A DNA stretch of 64,000 nt from positions 1,999,796 to 2,063,795 of the forward strand of contig CBDBKU010000002.1 in the NCBI GenBank assembly GCA_965206775.1, given 5' to 3'. Made by a program: the position numbers and the translations under genes. The DNA is from Bryobacterales bacterium. Its GTDB lineage: Bacteria; Acidobacteriota; Terriglobia; Bryobacterales; UBA6623. Below are positions 36,724 to 47,289 of the stretch, piece by piece. The stretch's first letter is position 1, and the number at the start of each line of letters is the position of its first letter. The notes under the pieces are model-generated. The model was not told the DNA's origin. It made no database searches and was given only the letters and a program-made list of their open reading frames with translations.

Positions 36724-37847
36724 TTAAGTGGCCGTGTCGCACCAAACCACTCGCTCTCTTGGTTCAGTGTTTGCTACTGGGCGAGCGCCGAGTTTCGGGG
36801 GGCGTTCCGGATCGGCCACCGCTTCGTCGAGCTGCTTCTGAGTGATCTGGACGGCGTCGAGTTTCCCTTCATGGTGTCCGGCCTGGTCAATCCAATAGGA
36901 CGGTCCACGTAGGTCGGCTCCGGTCAGGATGGCCTCGTGCAAACTTGCACCAGTCAGGTCGGAGTTGGGAAATCTAGCCTCGGTGAGGTCGGCCCACTTG
37001 AGGTTAGCACCGACCATTCTTGCGGCCAATGTGGCCCCTCGGAACATGCATGCTGTAGCCTGCGCTTCGGAAAAGTCCGCATCGCTCATTTCGGCACGGG
37101 ACAATTCGGCGCGGCTGAAACGGGCTTGACGACAGTTCGCCCGTTGCAACTGAGACCCCGTCAGGTCCATGCCTTCCAAACAGGCGCACGTCAGGTTCGC
37201 ATTCTCCAGAGTCGTTCCGCTGAGGCGAAGGCCTGTGAGATCGACGCCGCAAAGTTGGGCTTCGCGCAGGTCCAACGGGGATAGAAACCAAGTGTCGTCG
37301 GCGGTGCGGAGTAGGTGCTCCAACCGCGCGATCACATCCACCGCCGCCTGAACGTCCCGCCGCGTGGCGGGTCTTTCAAGTTCAAGCAACCCGTCCCAAA
37401 CGCTGGGCTGCGGAAGGCCGGTGGCGTGCGTACGAATTCAAGAAGGAGTTTGAAGGCTTCATGCCGGAACTCGACAGGGTGGTCCTCCGCCAAGCACTCA
37501 AGGGCAACGATTCCGCCCAGCCGAACCGTGACCTCATCGTCACCCAGCATGCTCGCGGCCTGCCGATATCTCTCGTTCAGGTAAGTCCGTTCCCCGACCT
37601 CCGACTGCCGCTGAGCAGCGGTGGCTTGCCGTTCCGCCACCACGCTGCGCCAAAGTGCGAGCAGGATCGTTACGATGCCGCCCACGACTAACGCGACGTT
37701 CCGAACCGTATCTGAATTGCCGGTGCGATCCGTTCCACCATGGAGCCAGCCGCAATATGCGATTGACAGGAAGACGCCCAGCGAAACAACAGCAGCTACC
37801 GCAAATGCCACCCAGAACCCAAGTGAGTCGACAAGGCGCGCTAGCAT
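36724..37847 (-). pseudogene. Membrane-anchored pentapeptide-repeat protein, split by a frameshift between 37332 and 37389
   Basis: The upstream ORF (37332..37847) has TM helices plus RLGGIVALECLAEDHP...LLLEFVRTPP. The downstream ORF (36724..37389), in another frame, has RRDVQAAVDVIARL plus pentapeptide repeats (ANLTCACLEGMDLTGSQLQRANCRQARFSRAELSRAEMSDADFSEA). In my recollection of homologues these parts form one protein. Confidence 0.55.
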
Positions 37848-39162
37848 CTCTTACCTCGAGTAAACCGTCGAACGTGAAGCCGGGAAACCACGTGACGCAC
37901 ACATAGTGAAGTGCTCTGTGAGCTTGCTCTGCACGCCGAGCATCGAGGATGTCGCGCTGAGTCCCCGAGGAAGATTCTCCGCATGTTACCGCGACGGTGG
38001 ATTCCTGCCATATCGGCCTTCGGGATAGAGGGGCGCTGCGGTGCCAATCTCTTGGTGGCGCCCATTGAGGATCATTCCGTCGCTGCTCCCAACAGTCGAG
38101 AAACGCCGCATCCACGAACTGATTGAGCGGGACATCGTGATCGAGAGCGAAGAAGTCAGCGGCGTAGTGCGCGCGGGAGTGAAGGTCGAGGTCGGCAGGG
38201 TCTTCGTGCGGCCCTACGCCCCTCTGACCACGATTGACAACGGCTAGGTGATCACCGGGGCGATGCTGGGCGTGAAATTCTGATCCGGGCTGGCCCTGCG
38301 ATGGCGGCAGCAACGGACAGTTGTCAATAAGCTGTCGATGCAGTCGTCGAGTCCAAGCGGCTGTTCAGCTGACATCCCGCAGCCGCGCGCTCTGCTTCGC
38401 TACGGTAGGGTACAAGCTCCTCGGAACGCTCCGGACCGGGCGGGAAATCAGACCGTCGTCGCGTTCCTGCCCCTCGCTGTGCTCCCGATGATGCAGCAAG
38501 GTCTGCATCCCGCCCAGTCGGCGAGGGTCCTGCCCCCGAGCGTTCCCCGCGTCGGCCGCACCGCCACCGGGAAGGGCCCCCGGGGCCGTGTAGAACGGTG
38601 CATTCCTTGCGTGGCACCGCGTCCGTCGTCACAATCTGCGCCTCGATCCCGGACTCGACCTTTTGCTGCTCCCGTGGCGAATACTGATGGCGCGGTCGGC
38701 CGGGGCATCGGTCTGGCGGCTCAGGGGTCCACCGTTGCAGGCGGCATCTCCGGATCGAGGCGGATCGCCTCGGTGCATTCGGCGACGACTTCCTGGAACT
38801 GCCCGGATTCGGGAATCGCGCCGTCGGGGTCCGGGGCGGCTTGACGGTTGCCCGGGTTGGGCCGCATCGCCGGCCGGAAAGCTTGGTCGGGCGGTCCGGG
38901 ACTGCGGGAGCGCGTCCCACGGGTCGAAGCCATGGCCTCGGGCGGCGGCCATGCCGGTTTCCGCCTCCGCCGCACCGAAGTCGTGCGATATCAACAGGTT
39001 CTCAAGCCCCAACCGAATCCTGACGCGGTAGCTCGATACTCCGAAACTCTTTCGCACGGAAGATTTTCAGCTCCACGGAGGTCTCCCTTCCTTCATTGAG
39101 TCTCCATTCCGTGTTCAACAATGGGATCCAGAGCTTCTCGATTTCTCTTCACGGCATCTTAC

Positions 39163-39432
39163 TCAGCGGTAGACCTTGTCGCGGCTACCGACCCGCACCA
39201 CAAGCACCCGCAAAACGTCGTCCTCGATGCGAGCGACAACGCGGTAGTCGCCTACCCGGTACTTCCAAAACTCGCCGAGCTTGGAACCCTTTAGGGCCTC
39301 GCCGACGCTGCGCGGATCGTCCAGCGTGGCAACGCGGCGATGCAGAAAGGCAAGGATGCGCCGGGACGCCTGACGGTCGAGCTTGTCCAAGTCGCGGACG
39401 GCGGCACGGTCAAGCTCAACCTTCCATGCCAT
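39163..39432 (-). CDS. relE: RelE/StbE-family toxin
   Basis: MAWKVELDRAAVRDLDKLDRQASRRILAFLHRRVATLDDPRSVGEALKGSKLGEFWKYRVGDYRVVARIEDDVLRVLVVRVGSRDKVYR. Confidence 0.85.
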   Translation of the reverse strand: MAWKVELDRAAVRDLDKLDRQASRRILAFLHRRVATLDDPRSVGEALKGSKLGEFWKYRVGDYRVVARIEDDVLRVLVVRVGSRDKVYR

Positions 39433-39646
39433 AGCGTTTCATCGCTTCTTCAAGCGGTACAGTTTGAGACTTGCCGGCTCGAATGTCGATCAGCCGTTGC
39501 TCGGCAAGGTACAAGTCCTCAAGATCGTCCAGATGCTCCTTGATGGCTTCGATCATGTAGAAGGTCTTGCTGCGGCCGGTCAGGTCGGCCAACCGTTTCA
39601 GGCGTTGGGAGACCTCATCAGGCAAGCGAAGGGCTACGGGCTTCAT
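39416..39646 (-). CDS. Ribbon-helix-helix (CopG/RelB-type) antitoxin
   Basis: MKPVALRLPDEVSQRLKRLADLTGRSKTFYMIEAIKEHLDDLEDLYLAEQRL. It overlaps the relE start by 17 nt. Confidence 0.8.
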   Translation of the reverse strand: MKPVALRLPDEVSQRLKRLADLTGRSKTFYMIEAIKEHLDDLEDLYLAEQRLIDIRAGKSQTVPLEEAMKRYGMEG

Positions 39647-39860
39647 GGCGGTTTCTCTTTACGCCTTGCGCATTTTCTCTCCGCCCAATGTACGTTTAGG
39701 CAGGTCCATTAGCTGTAATACCAGTATTGCAGAGGTCGTCCACGAAGTCCGTAGAGGCGTTTCTCCTGGGTGCGCGACATTTCTGTGAATAGGTCACCAT
39801 ACCTCTGATCGGGCCTCCGCAATCTGGGTGTATTTAATACACTCAGCCGAAGGAGGGCCC

Positions 39861-40678
39861 ATGCCCCAATCCCTGCCCGACCTGGAATCACGCCGCTCCC
39901 AGATCCTGCTCGAAATCGCCCAGCTTGGCGACTTCCGGCGCGGCTCCGTTCATGCCGCCTTCCGCCGCTGCGGCAAGCCCAACTGCGCGTGCGCCCGTGA
40001 CGACCATCCCGGCCACGGCCCCCAAGTGCGTCTCTCCTACAAGCTCCGCGGCAAGACCGTCCAGAAGACGCTCTCCGATCCCGCCCAGGTCCACAAGGCC
40101 GAGCGCGAGGTGGCCGCCTTCCGCAGCTTCCAGCAGCTCAGCGCCGAACTCGTGGAAGTCAATGAGCGCATCTGCCAGCTGCGCCCGCCCGAGACGCAGG
40201 ATCTGGAGCAACGGCCCCCCATGCGGGAAAATAAACGCTGCGCGCGATCCAGGCCGCCGTCCAGGCCGAGGTCGGAAGCCTGCTGAGAGTGATCCTCAAC
40301 GCCCGGCGCAAGCTCGGCGCGTTCGACTTCGAAGCTCTGGAACCGGCCACTCGCACGGCCCTGCACAGGGTCGGTGCGCGGCTGCTGGAAGAGCTGCTGG
40401 AGGCAACTCAGGACGAGGGCCAGCCGCCGCTGTGCCCCTGTGGCAGCCCCATGCGCTGCGAGGGGCCGCGGCCCAAGCGGCTGGTCAGCCTGCTCGGCGC
40501 GGTGAGCCTGCAACGGCCCTACTATCACTGCCGGCACTGCTGGCGGGGTGCGGCCCCGCTCGACCGCGAACTCATCCAGTATCTGGATGATCGCCGAGGT
40601 CCGCGGCAGGGGCCTGATCCTGGCGTCCTCTGCGGGGAAAGCGAACGGGTGCGGCTCGGGACCGGTTGCGGCCACTAG
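39861..40678 (+). pseudogene. ISKra4-family transposase, N-terminal fragment with frameshift
   Basis: GSVHAAFRRCGKPNCACARDDHPGHGPQVRLSYKLRGKTVQKTL (DUF6788-like zinc ribbon). In another frame: LNARRKLGAFDFEALE...CPCGSPMRCEGPRPKRLVSLLGAVSLQRPYYHCRHCWRGAAPLDREL. No catalytic domain follows. Confidence 0.6.
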
Positions 40679-41351
40679 GGCGGCGGCCGATCCGCAGCCC
40701 CGCTGGACCGTCCGGACCACCGTCCGGCTGACGCTCCGGGTGCTTCCCGCCCGTACCAGCCCCGCGGCGGCAGCGGCCAGCGCGCTGCTGGCAGCGGAGA
40801 ACGGTGCCTGCGCCAGCGGATCCGCGAGGACCGCTCCCGCCTGCCGATCGGGATTGCCCGCCACCTGCAAGCCCAGCGAGACTGTCACCGCAACGGCTGC
40901 CGACCCGAGCAACCAAGAGCGCCTCAAGCAGCAGCCGGCAGCATGTCCACACCACCTCGCGAGAGAGCCGCGACTCCTCGGCCAGGTCCCGCCGGTCGTG
41001 CAGCCAGCGCAGTTCCTGCGGGCAGTCGCCGTCCCGCTTTGGGGCACCTTTGACCGTGACGCTCAGCCTTTGCCGGGTCACGGACCCATGTCAAGATATC
41101 GTCGCTCCCGGCTTGTATACCGCTTTCGGTCAGCCGGACTGTCGGCTGCGCCGATACATTCGACCTCTCCTTGGAACCGTGATGGTTCCGGGCCACGTTG
41201 GGAGCCGTGCGCCGCGGTCCTCGTGTGCTAGTCAGGGCTCGGAATAGCCGTGGGCAGCTAAGGTTACCGTAGGTGAGCTCGCGCAACGCCAAAACGCCAA
41301 TGCCTGGGCAGTCCGCGGAGCACCGCATTCGCCCCACGCGACTCCTCGGAC

Positions 41352-41750
41352 TTGCGCATTGACGGGCGCTTCATGCTTGGCCGCTACGGCGGAAGGCCAC
41401 AGGTCGACCTGTTCGGTTTTCCGTCGACCTCGGCTGTCCGGTGCTTGGAGTCACGGGCAACCCAGGCGCACGAGGGCGCTGTTACAATCACAGCAGTGGA
41501 CGGAATTGACAGGAACCGCTTGGTGCAATTGGCGGACCGTCTTCCAAATGAAGCGATTCCCGCGGCAACCCGTTACTTGGAGTACTTGGCCGACCGAGGA
41601 GATCCGTTCGTCCCGCACTTGGTTGAGGTGCCAGAGGAGAAAGAGGACTTCAGTGAAGCTGGTCGGCACCTTCTGGACGAAGCGTACGGTGATATCGATG
41701 CTGGCCGGTTGTACGGGAATGACGAACTGAGGCGGGAGTTCGGCCCCTGA
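41352..41750 (+). CDS. Putative antitoxin (DUF2281-like), start uncertain
   Basis: LVQLADRLPNEAIPAATRYLEYLADRGDP, then an acidic tail. It sits directly upstream of the decayed RelE-like gene. Confidence 0.4.
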   Translation: MRIDGRFMLGRYGGRPQVDLFGFPSTSAVRCLESRATQAHEGAVTITAVDGIDRNRLVQLADRLPNEAIPAATRYLEYLADRGDPFVPHLVEVPEEKEDFSEAGRHLLDEAYGDIDAGRLYGNDELRREFGP

Positions 41751-42001
41751 AGCGACCTGTTTCGTATACGCGCCATGCAGTCCAAGACTTGAAGGGACTT
41801 GATACTTCGGTACGGCAGCGCATCACCAAGGCGATCGATCGCTAGGCACGGACCCAGGCCGGGGAGATCAAGCGCCTGAGGGGGACGGCGAGGAACACGT
41901 GGCGCCTCCGAGTAGGGGACTGGCGAGTGTTCTACACGTATGAATCCGTCAGCAGGACGGTCGTCATTGCCAGGGTCGTGCACCGCAGCCAAGCCTACTG
42001 A
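41747..42001 (+). pseudogene. RelE/ParE-family toxin remnant (no ATG/GTG start, in-frame TAG)
   Basis: LKRPVSYTRHAVQDLKGLDTSVRQRITKAIDR*ARTQAGEIKRLRGTARNTWRLRVGDWRVFYTYESVSRTVVIARVVHRSQAY*. The TAG is at 41843-41845. Only a CTG is available as a start. Confidence 0.65.
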
Positions 42002-42047
42002 CGGCAGAGTCCGGTCGAGCCGTGCGGTTAGTGGCTGGACTCGCACC

Positions 42048-42815
42048 TCATCCAGGAGGGGGAGGGCCTTTGCCCGGTGTTCGAACCCTTTTGCTTCCAA
42101 GCGGTTCCGATCCGACCATCGATGGGTGTTTCGTCTTGCAGCCAACGCAGGCCGCCAGATTCCAGGTGTTGAAGGCTCGCTCCCGACACAGTCGACGCTG
42201 CATCGCGTGGAGGCGATGACGCGCGACCCGGATTGCGTTTCCAATGGCAGAATGGACCGCGAGGAAACGCAGCTCTTGTCCGATCAACTTGAAGTGGCGC
42301 ATCTGGCGTTCCCGCTCTCTGGTGTGCTGGTCGGACACTTCGGCCCGGTTGGTTCGATGGATTGCCATTAGGCCGAGTCCCCTGTTGGCGGCCGCATAGC
42401 TTCCCAGTCGGTCCTTGACCAGCTGCCATGGCAATCCCCCTTGCCCACGCACGAGCGTGCGGTAGAAGCGCTTGGCGGCCCTTGCGTCCCTACGGTTCGT
42501 GGCCAGGATATCCAGGACGTGGCCGTCCTGGTCCACAGCTCTCCACAGGTAGTGGCGTTCCCCGCGGATCCTGATGAAGGCCTCGTCCACATGCAGATAG
42601 CGCCGAGTCGACCTTGTAGGCGGGGCAGGTTGCGCGCGAACGCGGGACCGAACTTTCGACACCACAGCCGAACCGCTCCCCAGGGACACGGTGATGCCGC
42701 GTTCGTCGAGCAGGTCCTCGACATCACGGAAGCTCAGAGTGAACCGGTGGCGCAGCCACACGGCGTGGCTAATGATCTCAGGCGGGAAACGATGACATCG
42801 ATCCAGCGATTTCAC
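42048..42815 (-). pseudogene. IS6-family (IS26-like) transposase with two frameshifts
   Basis: HRFPPEIISHAVWLRHRFTLSFRDVEDLLDERGITVS, then ~30 codons readable only in another frame (AVRLWCRKFGPAFARNL..LQGRLG). It then returns to HVDEAFIRIRGERHYLWRAVDQDGHVLDILATNRRDARAAKRFY...NRAEVSDQHTRERERQMRHFK. Confidence 0.7.
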
Positions 42816-43238
42816 TGATCCGTTGTCGCCGTTTCGGCCAGCGCGGTGGATGGTGGAACATGTCCCGGGAACCTCCCGAGTAGCTTTCCGATCATTTGTC
42901 GGTCGTGCAAGTTGACACTTGGGGGGAGGCAAATCTTCGAATCGCCACCGCGCGCCGCTTCACCTGCTTGGCCTGTCCCGCACCGGGGGGCGTCCTTGTC
43001 GCTCCAGTCGGTCGCGACCGAAACCTTGCCCCGTACCATCCCCGTCAACCACCGTGATGCCGACTTCGCCCCCTGGGCAGACAAGCAGGCCGACGCGATT
43101 CAGACCCCTCGCCGTGAGCGGATTTTCCTGGGGACCCGCGCCGCCGTCTAGCGCCACAGGCGTCGCTGCTTCGCAGCAGCGAGTGGATGGCCCGGATTGA
43201 CTTGCACATACCGCAGAGTCTTATCCTAGACCGGTCTT

Positions 43239-46200
43239 GTGTCTTTTCGTGTTCTCGGATGCTGGGCGGCCGCCGTCGCGGCCACTGCTTGGGCGCAGGC
43301 GCCCGAGGACCCGCCCCTGCCGCCCGCATCACGACAGGGTTTCGAGACAACGTCGAGCGTTGCCCGGACTCTCCCTTCGCGCGCGGCGCTCACGACCGTC
43401 TTCCGTGGGCGCGAACTCCCCTATGTCGTGATCGACGGCATGGCGGTCCATGCTGGCGACATGGTGCTTGGCAGTGTCGAGGACCTGGAGCCCTTGCCAC
43501 CCTTGGCCGAATCGGGAAAGTCCACGGATCGGGAGCTCTTGAGACGACGCGACCTCTCTCCGCACCGCCAGCAGTACCTCTGGCCCGAGGGCGTCGTTCC
43601 GTACCTCATCGACACCGATGTCTCCGCCGAGCAGCGGCAAGGCATTGAGGAAGCAATCCTCGCCTGGAACGACAAGACGGTTCTGTCCCTCCTAGCACGC
43701 TCGACCGAGTCGAATTACGTGCGGTTCTCGAATGTCGCGTCCGGGTACTGCCGGTCGAGGGTGGGCATGGTGGGCGGAGAGCAGGAGATCTCCTTGCCCC
43801 CGATCGGGTGTTCGGCGAATGCAGTTGCGCATGAGATCGGCCATGCTGTGGGTCTCTGGCACGAGCACCAGCGCGAAGACCGCGACCAGCACCTGACAGT
43901 CCTCTTCGAGAATCTCGAGCCGAGCCGCGTGCACCGATACACGGCCGAGCATCCGACTCTCGGTCCCTACGACTACGCTTCCGTAATGCACTACGACCCG
44001 CGAAGCGAAGCGTGGAATGAAGGTGGGGTGTTCGAAACCGTCCCTCCCGGAATGAGCATTCCCTCGGCGGGACTGTCGGCAGGAGACGTCGACGGCGTTG
44101 CAAGGCTGTACGGGAGGCCTCCGGAATCGACCTCGGTCACGACCAACCCGCCCGGGCTGGAGATCGTCGTCGACGGAGCCCGCGTGACCACTCCGGCGAG
44201 CTTTGAGTGGACTGAGGGAACCGCCCACATCCTCGAGGCACCGGTGGCCCAGACGATCGAAGGGACCCGCTACCTGTTCGGGCGCTGGAACGACGGCGGC
44301 AGTCGGTTGCGGAACGTGACCGCCGGGGAAGCCTCGACCTGGCTGGAAGCGAACTTCATCGTGCAGCATCGCGTGCAGACTCGCGTCGAGCCGAGCGATG
44401 CGGGTACAGTCGACCTGGACCCGGAATCGCCGGACGGCTTCTACACGCTGCGCATGCCGGTCCAAGCCGTCGCGACGCCCGGTCCCGCTGCGACGCGCAG
44501 TTTCTGGCGATGGGACGGCGCAATTGCGGGCCAGCACGGTCGCTCAGCCAATCCGGCGACTTGGAGAGTCGACAGTTCCGGTAAGGAATTCGCGGCAGTC
44601 TTCACAGACCGACCTCTCTTCCGCATCGAGGCGAACGTCGATTCATTCGTCCTGCACATCCGAAACTACTACGACGGGGTCGATGAGCATTGGACCTACG
44701 CGCCGACGCATCTAGCAACCGACGTGGCCCGCAAGTCGATCGGGCTCCGGATCGACGAGGTTCAGCAAGCGCCTCGAGCCGAGCTCCAGCGTTACCGCTT
44801 CGAGAACTGGAACGACGGCGGTGCGCGGTCCCGAACCCTCACGCTGCCGTCTGCAGGCGGCTCGGTCTCGGCCAATGTCGCTTCGGAATTCCCTCTTTCC
44901 ACCGCTGTCGCAAACCCCGATTCCGGCACCATCACGGTGGATCCGGCTTCAAGTGACACATTTTACCGGGACGGCGTATCCGTCCGTCTGGCAGCGATCC
45001 CAAGTCCGGGCTGGGAATTCGTGCAATGGCGCGGTGGCGTAGAGAGCCGGGAGTCGAGCGCGACGATAGCAATGAACCGCCCGTCGCATGTCGAGGCAGT
45101 CTTTTCGCAGACCGGCGAAGTTCGGCCCGGCGAGCCTGTTCGGGCCTCGCTCCCTGCAACGAACTACAGATTCATCGTCCACGACAGGGAATCCGGGTAC
45201 CGCGTCGAGCCTCCGTCCGACACGAGCGAGATTCGTATCACCTACGAATCGATCACTTCTGGCGTCGAAGTGGACCTGTTCGTGCGGGCGGGCTCGGAAC
45301 ATCTTCCGTGGGACTACGGTGACGACGGGAGAACACCGGAATTCGGCGCCGACTATCAATCGACTCTGCCGGGCAGTACCGAAACGATCGTCATCAACGC
45401 CGACTCGAATCCGCCGCTGGACCCGTCCGAGACCTATTACGCTTCCCTCGTAGTCTTCTCGCCACGGACCCGGATCGAGGGGTCGATCAGCGCAGAGATT
45501 GACCGCGGACGCTCGTCGGGGCCATCGGCCGAGGCGAGCCCGCATGCGCTGACATTTGTGGCGCCCCCCGATGCGGATCCGGCGACCCGAAAAGTTCGAC
45601 TGACCAACAAAGGCACGAGTTCCTTCCATTACGTCGTAGACCTCGACAGGGCCTGGCTCTCGGCGAACCCGGCGAATGGCACGCTCGGCGGCGGTTTGAC
45701 TGCCGAGATCGAAGTCGGTGCGCTAGCTGCCGGTGCCTGGCCAGACACTCACAGCGGTAGCCTCACGGTCATGGCCTCCCCGCCGAACAGCCAGGTCATG
45801 GAACCCGTCGCAGCCATCCCAGTCACGTTCGTCGTAACGCCCGCAAGTGCCGGCGATTCAGATGTCGTAGCACCGTCTGTGGAATCGGTCCTCAACCGTG
45901 CGAGCAGGGCTCCAGGAGCGGCTCCGAGCGCGAACCTCGTTCTCTTCGGTGACGATCTTGCGCTCGGGGAGGCATCCGCGGAGAACGCAGCCCTGGACGG
46001 GTCCGAGCCCCTGCCCACCGTGCTGCAGGGCGCGAGCGTTACCGTCTCCGACACGCTCGGCACTGCCCGACTGGCCGGCCTGCGGTATGCCTGGCCCGGC
46101 GGGATCAATTTCATTTTGCCGGAACAGGTGTCTCTAGGCACTGCAAGCGTGACCGTCATTCGCGCAGGCGCGGCCTCGGAACCGTTCTCGGTCGAGATTG

Positions 46201-46610
46201 CCGCAGTAGCGCCGGGCCTGTTCTCGGCAAACCTGGATGGAACCGGACCCGCATGGGGGGATGCTGTTCGAGTGGATGCAGAAGGAGAGTATTCCATCGT
46301 GGCGGTCGCCGACTTCGACGTGCCAGTCGGAAGTCGTACAACGGTCCCGCTAAGCCTCGGAGAGGAATCGGACAAGGTGTACTTGCGGCTGATAGGCACG
46401 GGTATTCGTGGGTGGAAGCAAGAGCCGCAGGCACTGGTTGGCGGAGTGGAGGTTGAAGTCGATTCTGCCGCGCCAGACTCCCTGAGTCCCGGCTACGACA
46501 GAGTCGTCCTCGGACCGTTGCCCCGCTCTCTCGCCGCGAGTGGCGAGGTCGAAGTTGTCCTGATAGCGGATGGCCGCTCTTCGAATTCGGTTACCGTCTC
46601 GATTCAGTAG
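43239..46610 (+). CDS. Secreted astacin-family (M12A) zinc metalloprotease with large multidomain C-terminal extension ending in a Solibacter-type (TIGR03437-like) domain
   Basis: Signal peptide. HEIGHAVGLWHEHQREDRD (HExxHxxGxxHE) plus the SVMHY Met-turn. The C-terminal ~230 aa (..VTVSDTLGTARLAGLRYAWPGGINFILPEQVSLGTASVTVIRAG..PGLFSANLDGTGPAWG..VYLRLIGTGIRG..VVLIADGRSSNSVTVSIQ) match my memory of the acidobacterial C-terminal domain. Confidence 0.8.
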   Translation: MSFRVLGCWAAAVAATAWAQAPEDPPLPPASRQGFETTSSVARTLPSRAALTTVFRGRELPYVVIDGMAVHAGDMVLGSVEDLEPLPPLAESGKSTDRELLRRRDLSPHRQQYLWPEGVVPYLIDTDVSAEQRQGIEEAILAWNDKTVLSLLARSTESNYVRFSNVASGYCRSRVGMVGGEQEISLPPIGCSANAVAHEIGHAVGLWHEHQREDRDQHLTVLFENLEPSRVHRYTAEHPTLGPYDYASVMHYDPRSEAWNEGGVFETVPPGMSIPSAGLSAGDVDGVARLYGRPPESTSVTTNPPGLEIVVDGARVTTPASFEWTEGTAHILEAPVAQTIEGTRYLFGRWNDGGSRLRNVTAGEASTWLEANFIVQHRVQTRVEPSDAGTVDLDPESPDGFYTLRMPVQAVATPGPAATRSFWRWDGAIAGQHGRSANPATWRVDSSGKEFAAVFTDRPLFRIEANVDSFVLHIRNYYDGVDEHWTYAPTHLATDVARKSIGLRIDEVQQAPRAELQRYRFENWNDGGARSRTLTLPSAGGSVSANVASEFPLSTAVANPDSGTITVDPASSDTFYRDGVSVRLAAIPSPGWEFVQWRGGVESRESSATIAMNRPSHVEAVFSQTGEVRPGEPVRASLPATNYRFIVHDRESGYRVEPPSDTSEIRITYESITSGVEVDLFVRAGSEHLPWDYGDDGRTPEFGADYQSTLPGSTETIVINADSNPPLDPSETYYASLVVFSPRTRIEGSISAEIDRGRSSGPSAEASPHALTFVAPPDADPATRKVRLTNKGTSSFHYVVDLDRAWLSANPANGTLGGGLTAEIEVGALAAGAWPDTHSGSLTVMASPPNSQVMEPVAAIPVTFVVTPASAGDSDVVAPSVESVLNRASRAPGAAPSANLVLFGDDLALGEASAENAALDGSEPLPTVLQGASVTVSDTLGTARLAGLRYAWPGGINFILPEQVSLGTASVTVIRAGAASEPFSVEIAAVAPGLFSANLDGTGPAWGDAVRVDAEGEYSIVAVADFDVPVGSRTTVPLSLGEESDKVYLRLIGTGIRGWKQEPQALVGGVEVEVDSAAPDSLSPGYDRVVLGPLPRSLAASGEVEVVLIADGRSSNSVTVSIQ

Positions 46611-47289
46611 GGGGATGTCCGCGCCCAGGTGGGTGCGCGTGCCGGTCGTCACGCTGGCGACCGAAACTGCTTCGACAGACCCGACCAAATTGCACTCGGC
46701 GCCCATGCGGAGGAGGGCTGCGGTAAAGACTCAAGAGTCCGAAGGATGAGCGCCTTTCGGATTGATTGCCGCGATCTACCGAGCATCCCGTCGCAAGACC
46801 TCGCGGCAGGAATGATCTAAGTCTGACCTGGGCCTGGAAACTCATTCAGTCAGGGTGCATCGAGAGTTCCCGAATTCTTCAGCGCCTCAGGGCCTGTACC
46901 CTCAACGGCCGGGCTTCCCGAGGCTCCGAGACCATACGGGAGTTCGACCGGCGTGATACAGAAACGTGTGTCCCATCGCCGTTGCAACAGCAAGGGTCGA
47001 TCTTCTTCGATCCGAATGACCGACGTCGGCGCGAATTGGCGCAATCGGATGCCTCCCGTCCTGGAGCTTCGCGGCGTGATGACGCAATGGATCGGAATTA
47101 TAACCGTGCCCATGCCTTCGCACCGAGGGTCGGTTCTCTTTTTCTCGATCGCCACAAAGGCAATCCGATTGTCGACCGAGAGCGACGGGTCAGTGATCCA
47201 AGCAAACAGGTCGATTTGACCCTCGCCTGGCGGAGTTCATCACTTCGGATTCACGTCAAGCCACGGGTCGCTCGTTCCGATGCCGTACT

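Noticed and set aside
37540-38313. 257-aa minus-strand ORF, and a plus-strand frame (37864-38247) that is open except for one TAG at 38026-38028
   Set aside because: I recognise no family on either strand. Third-position GC favours the plus frame for 38029-38247, but I cannot establish a gene or a further in-frame stop, so the region is left unannotated.
38629-39057. TPR-like peptide (GQFQEVVAECTEAIRLDPE) on the minus strand in a GC-rich gap
   Set aside because: It is a single ~20-aa match embedded in Pro/Arg-rich junk, at most a relic.
40680-41350. Search for the missing catalytic half of the ISKra4-like transposase downstream of the zinc-ribbon fragment
   Set aside because: None of the six frames shows DDE-domain motifs, so the region appears to be unrelated GC-rich filler.
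46850-47155. Minus-strand ORF (..GQIDLFAWITDPSLSVDNRIAFVAIEKKRTDP..ITPVELPYGLGASGSP..) with moderately coding-like codon usage
   Set aside because: It has no recognisable family and no convincing start. It lies in a stretch of debris between the astacin gene and a beta-lactamase remnant, and is probably another gene fragment.
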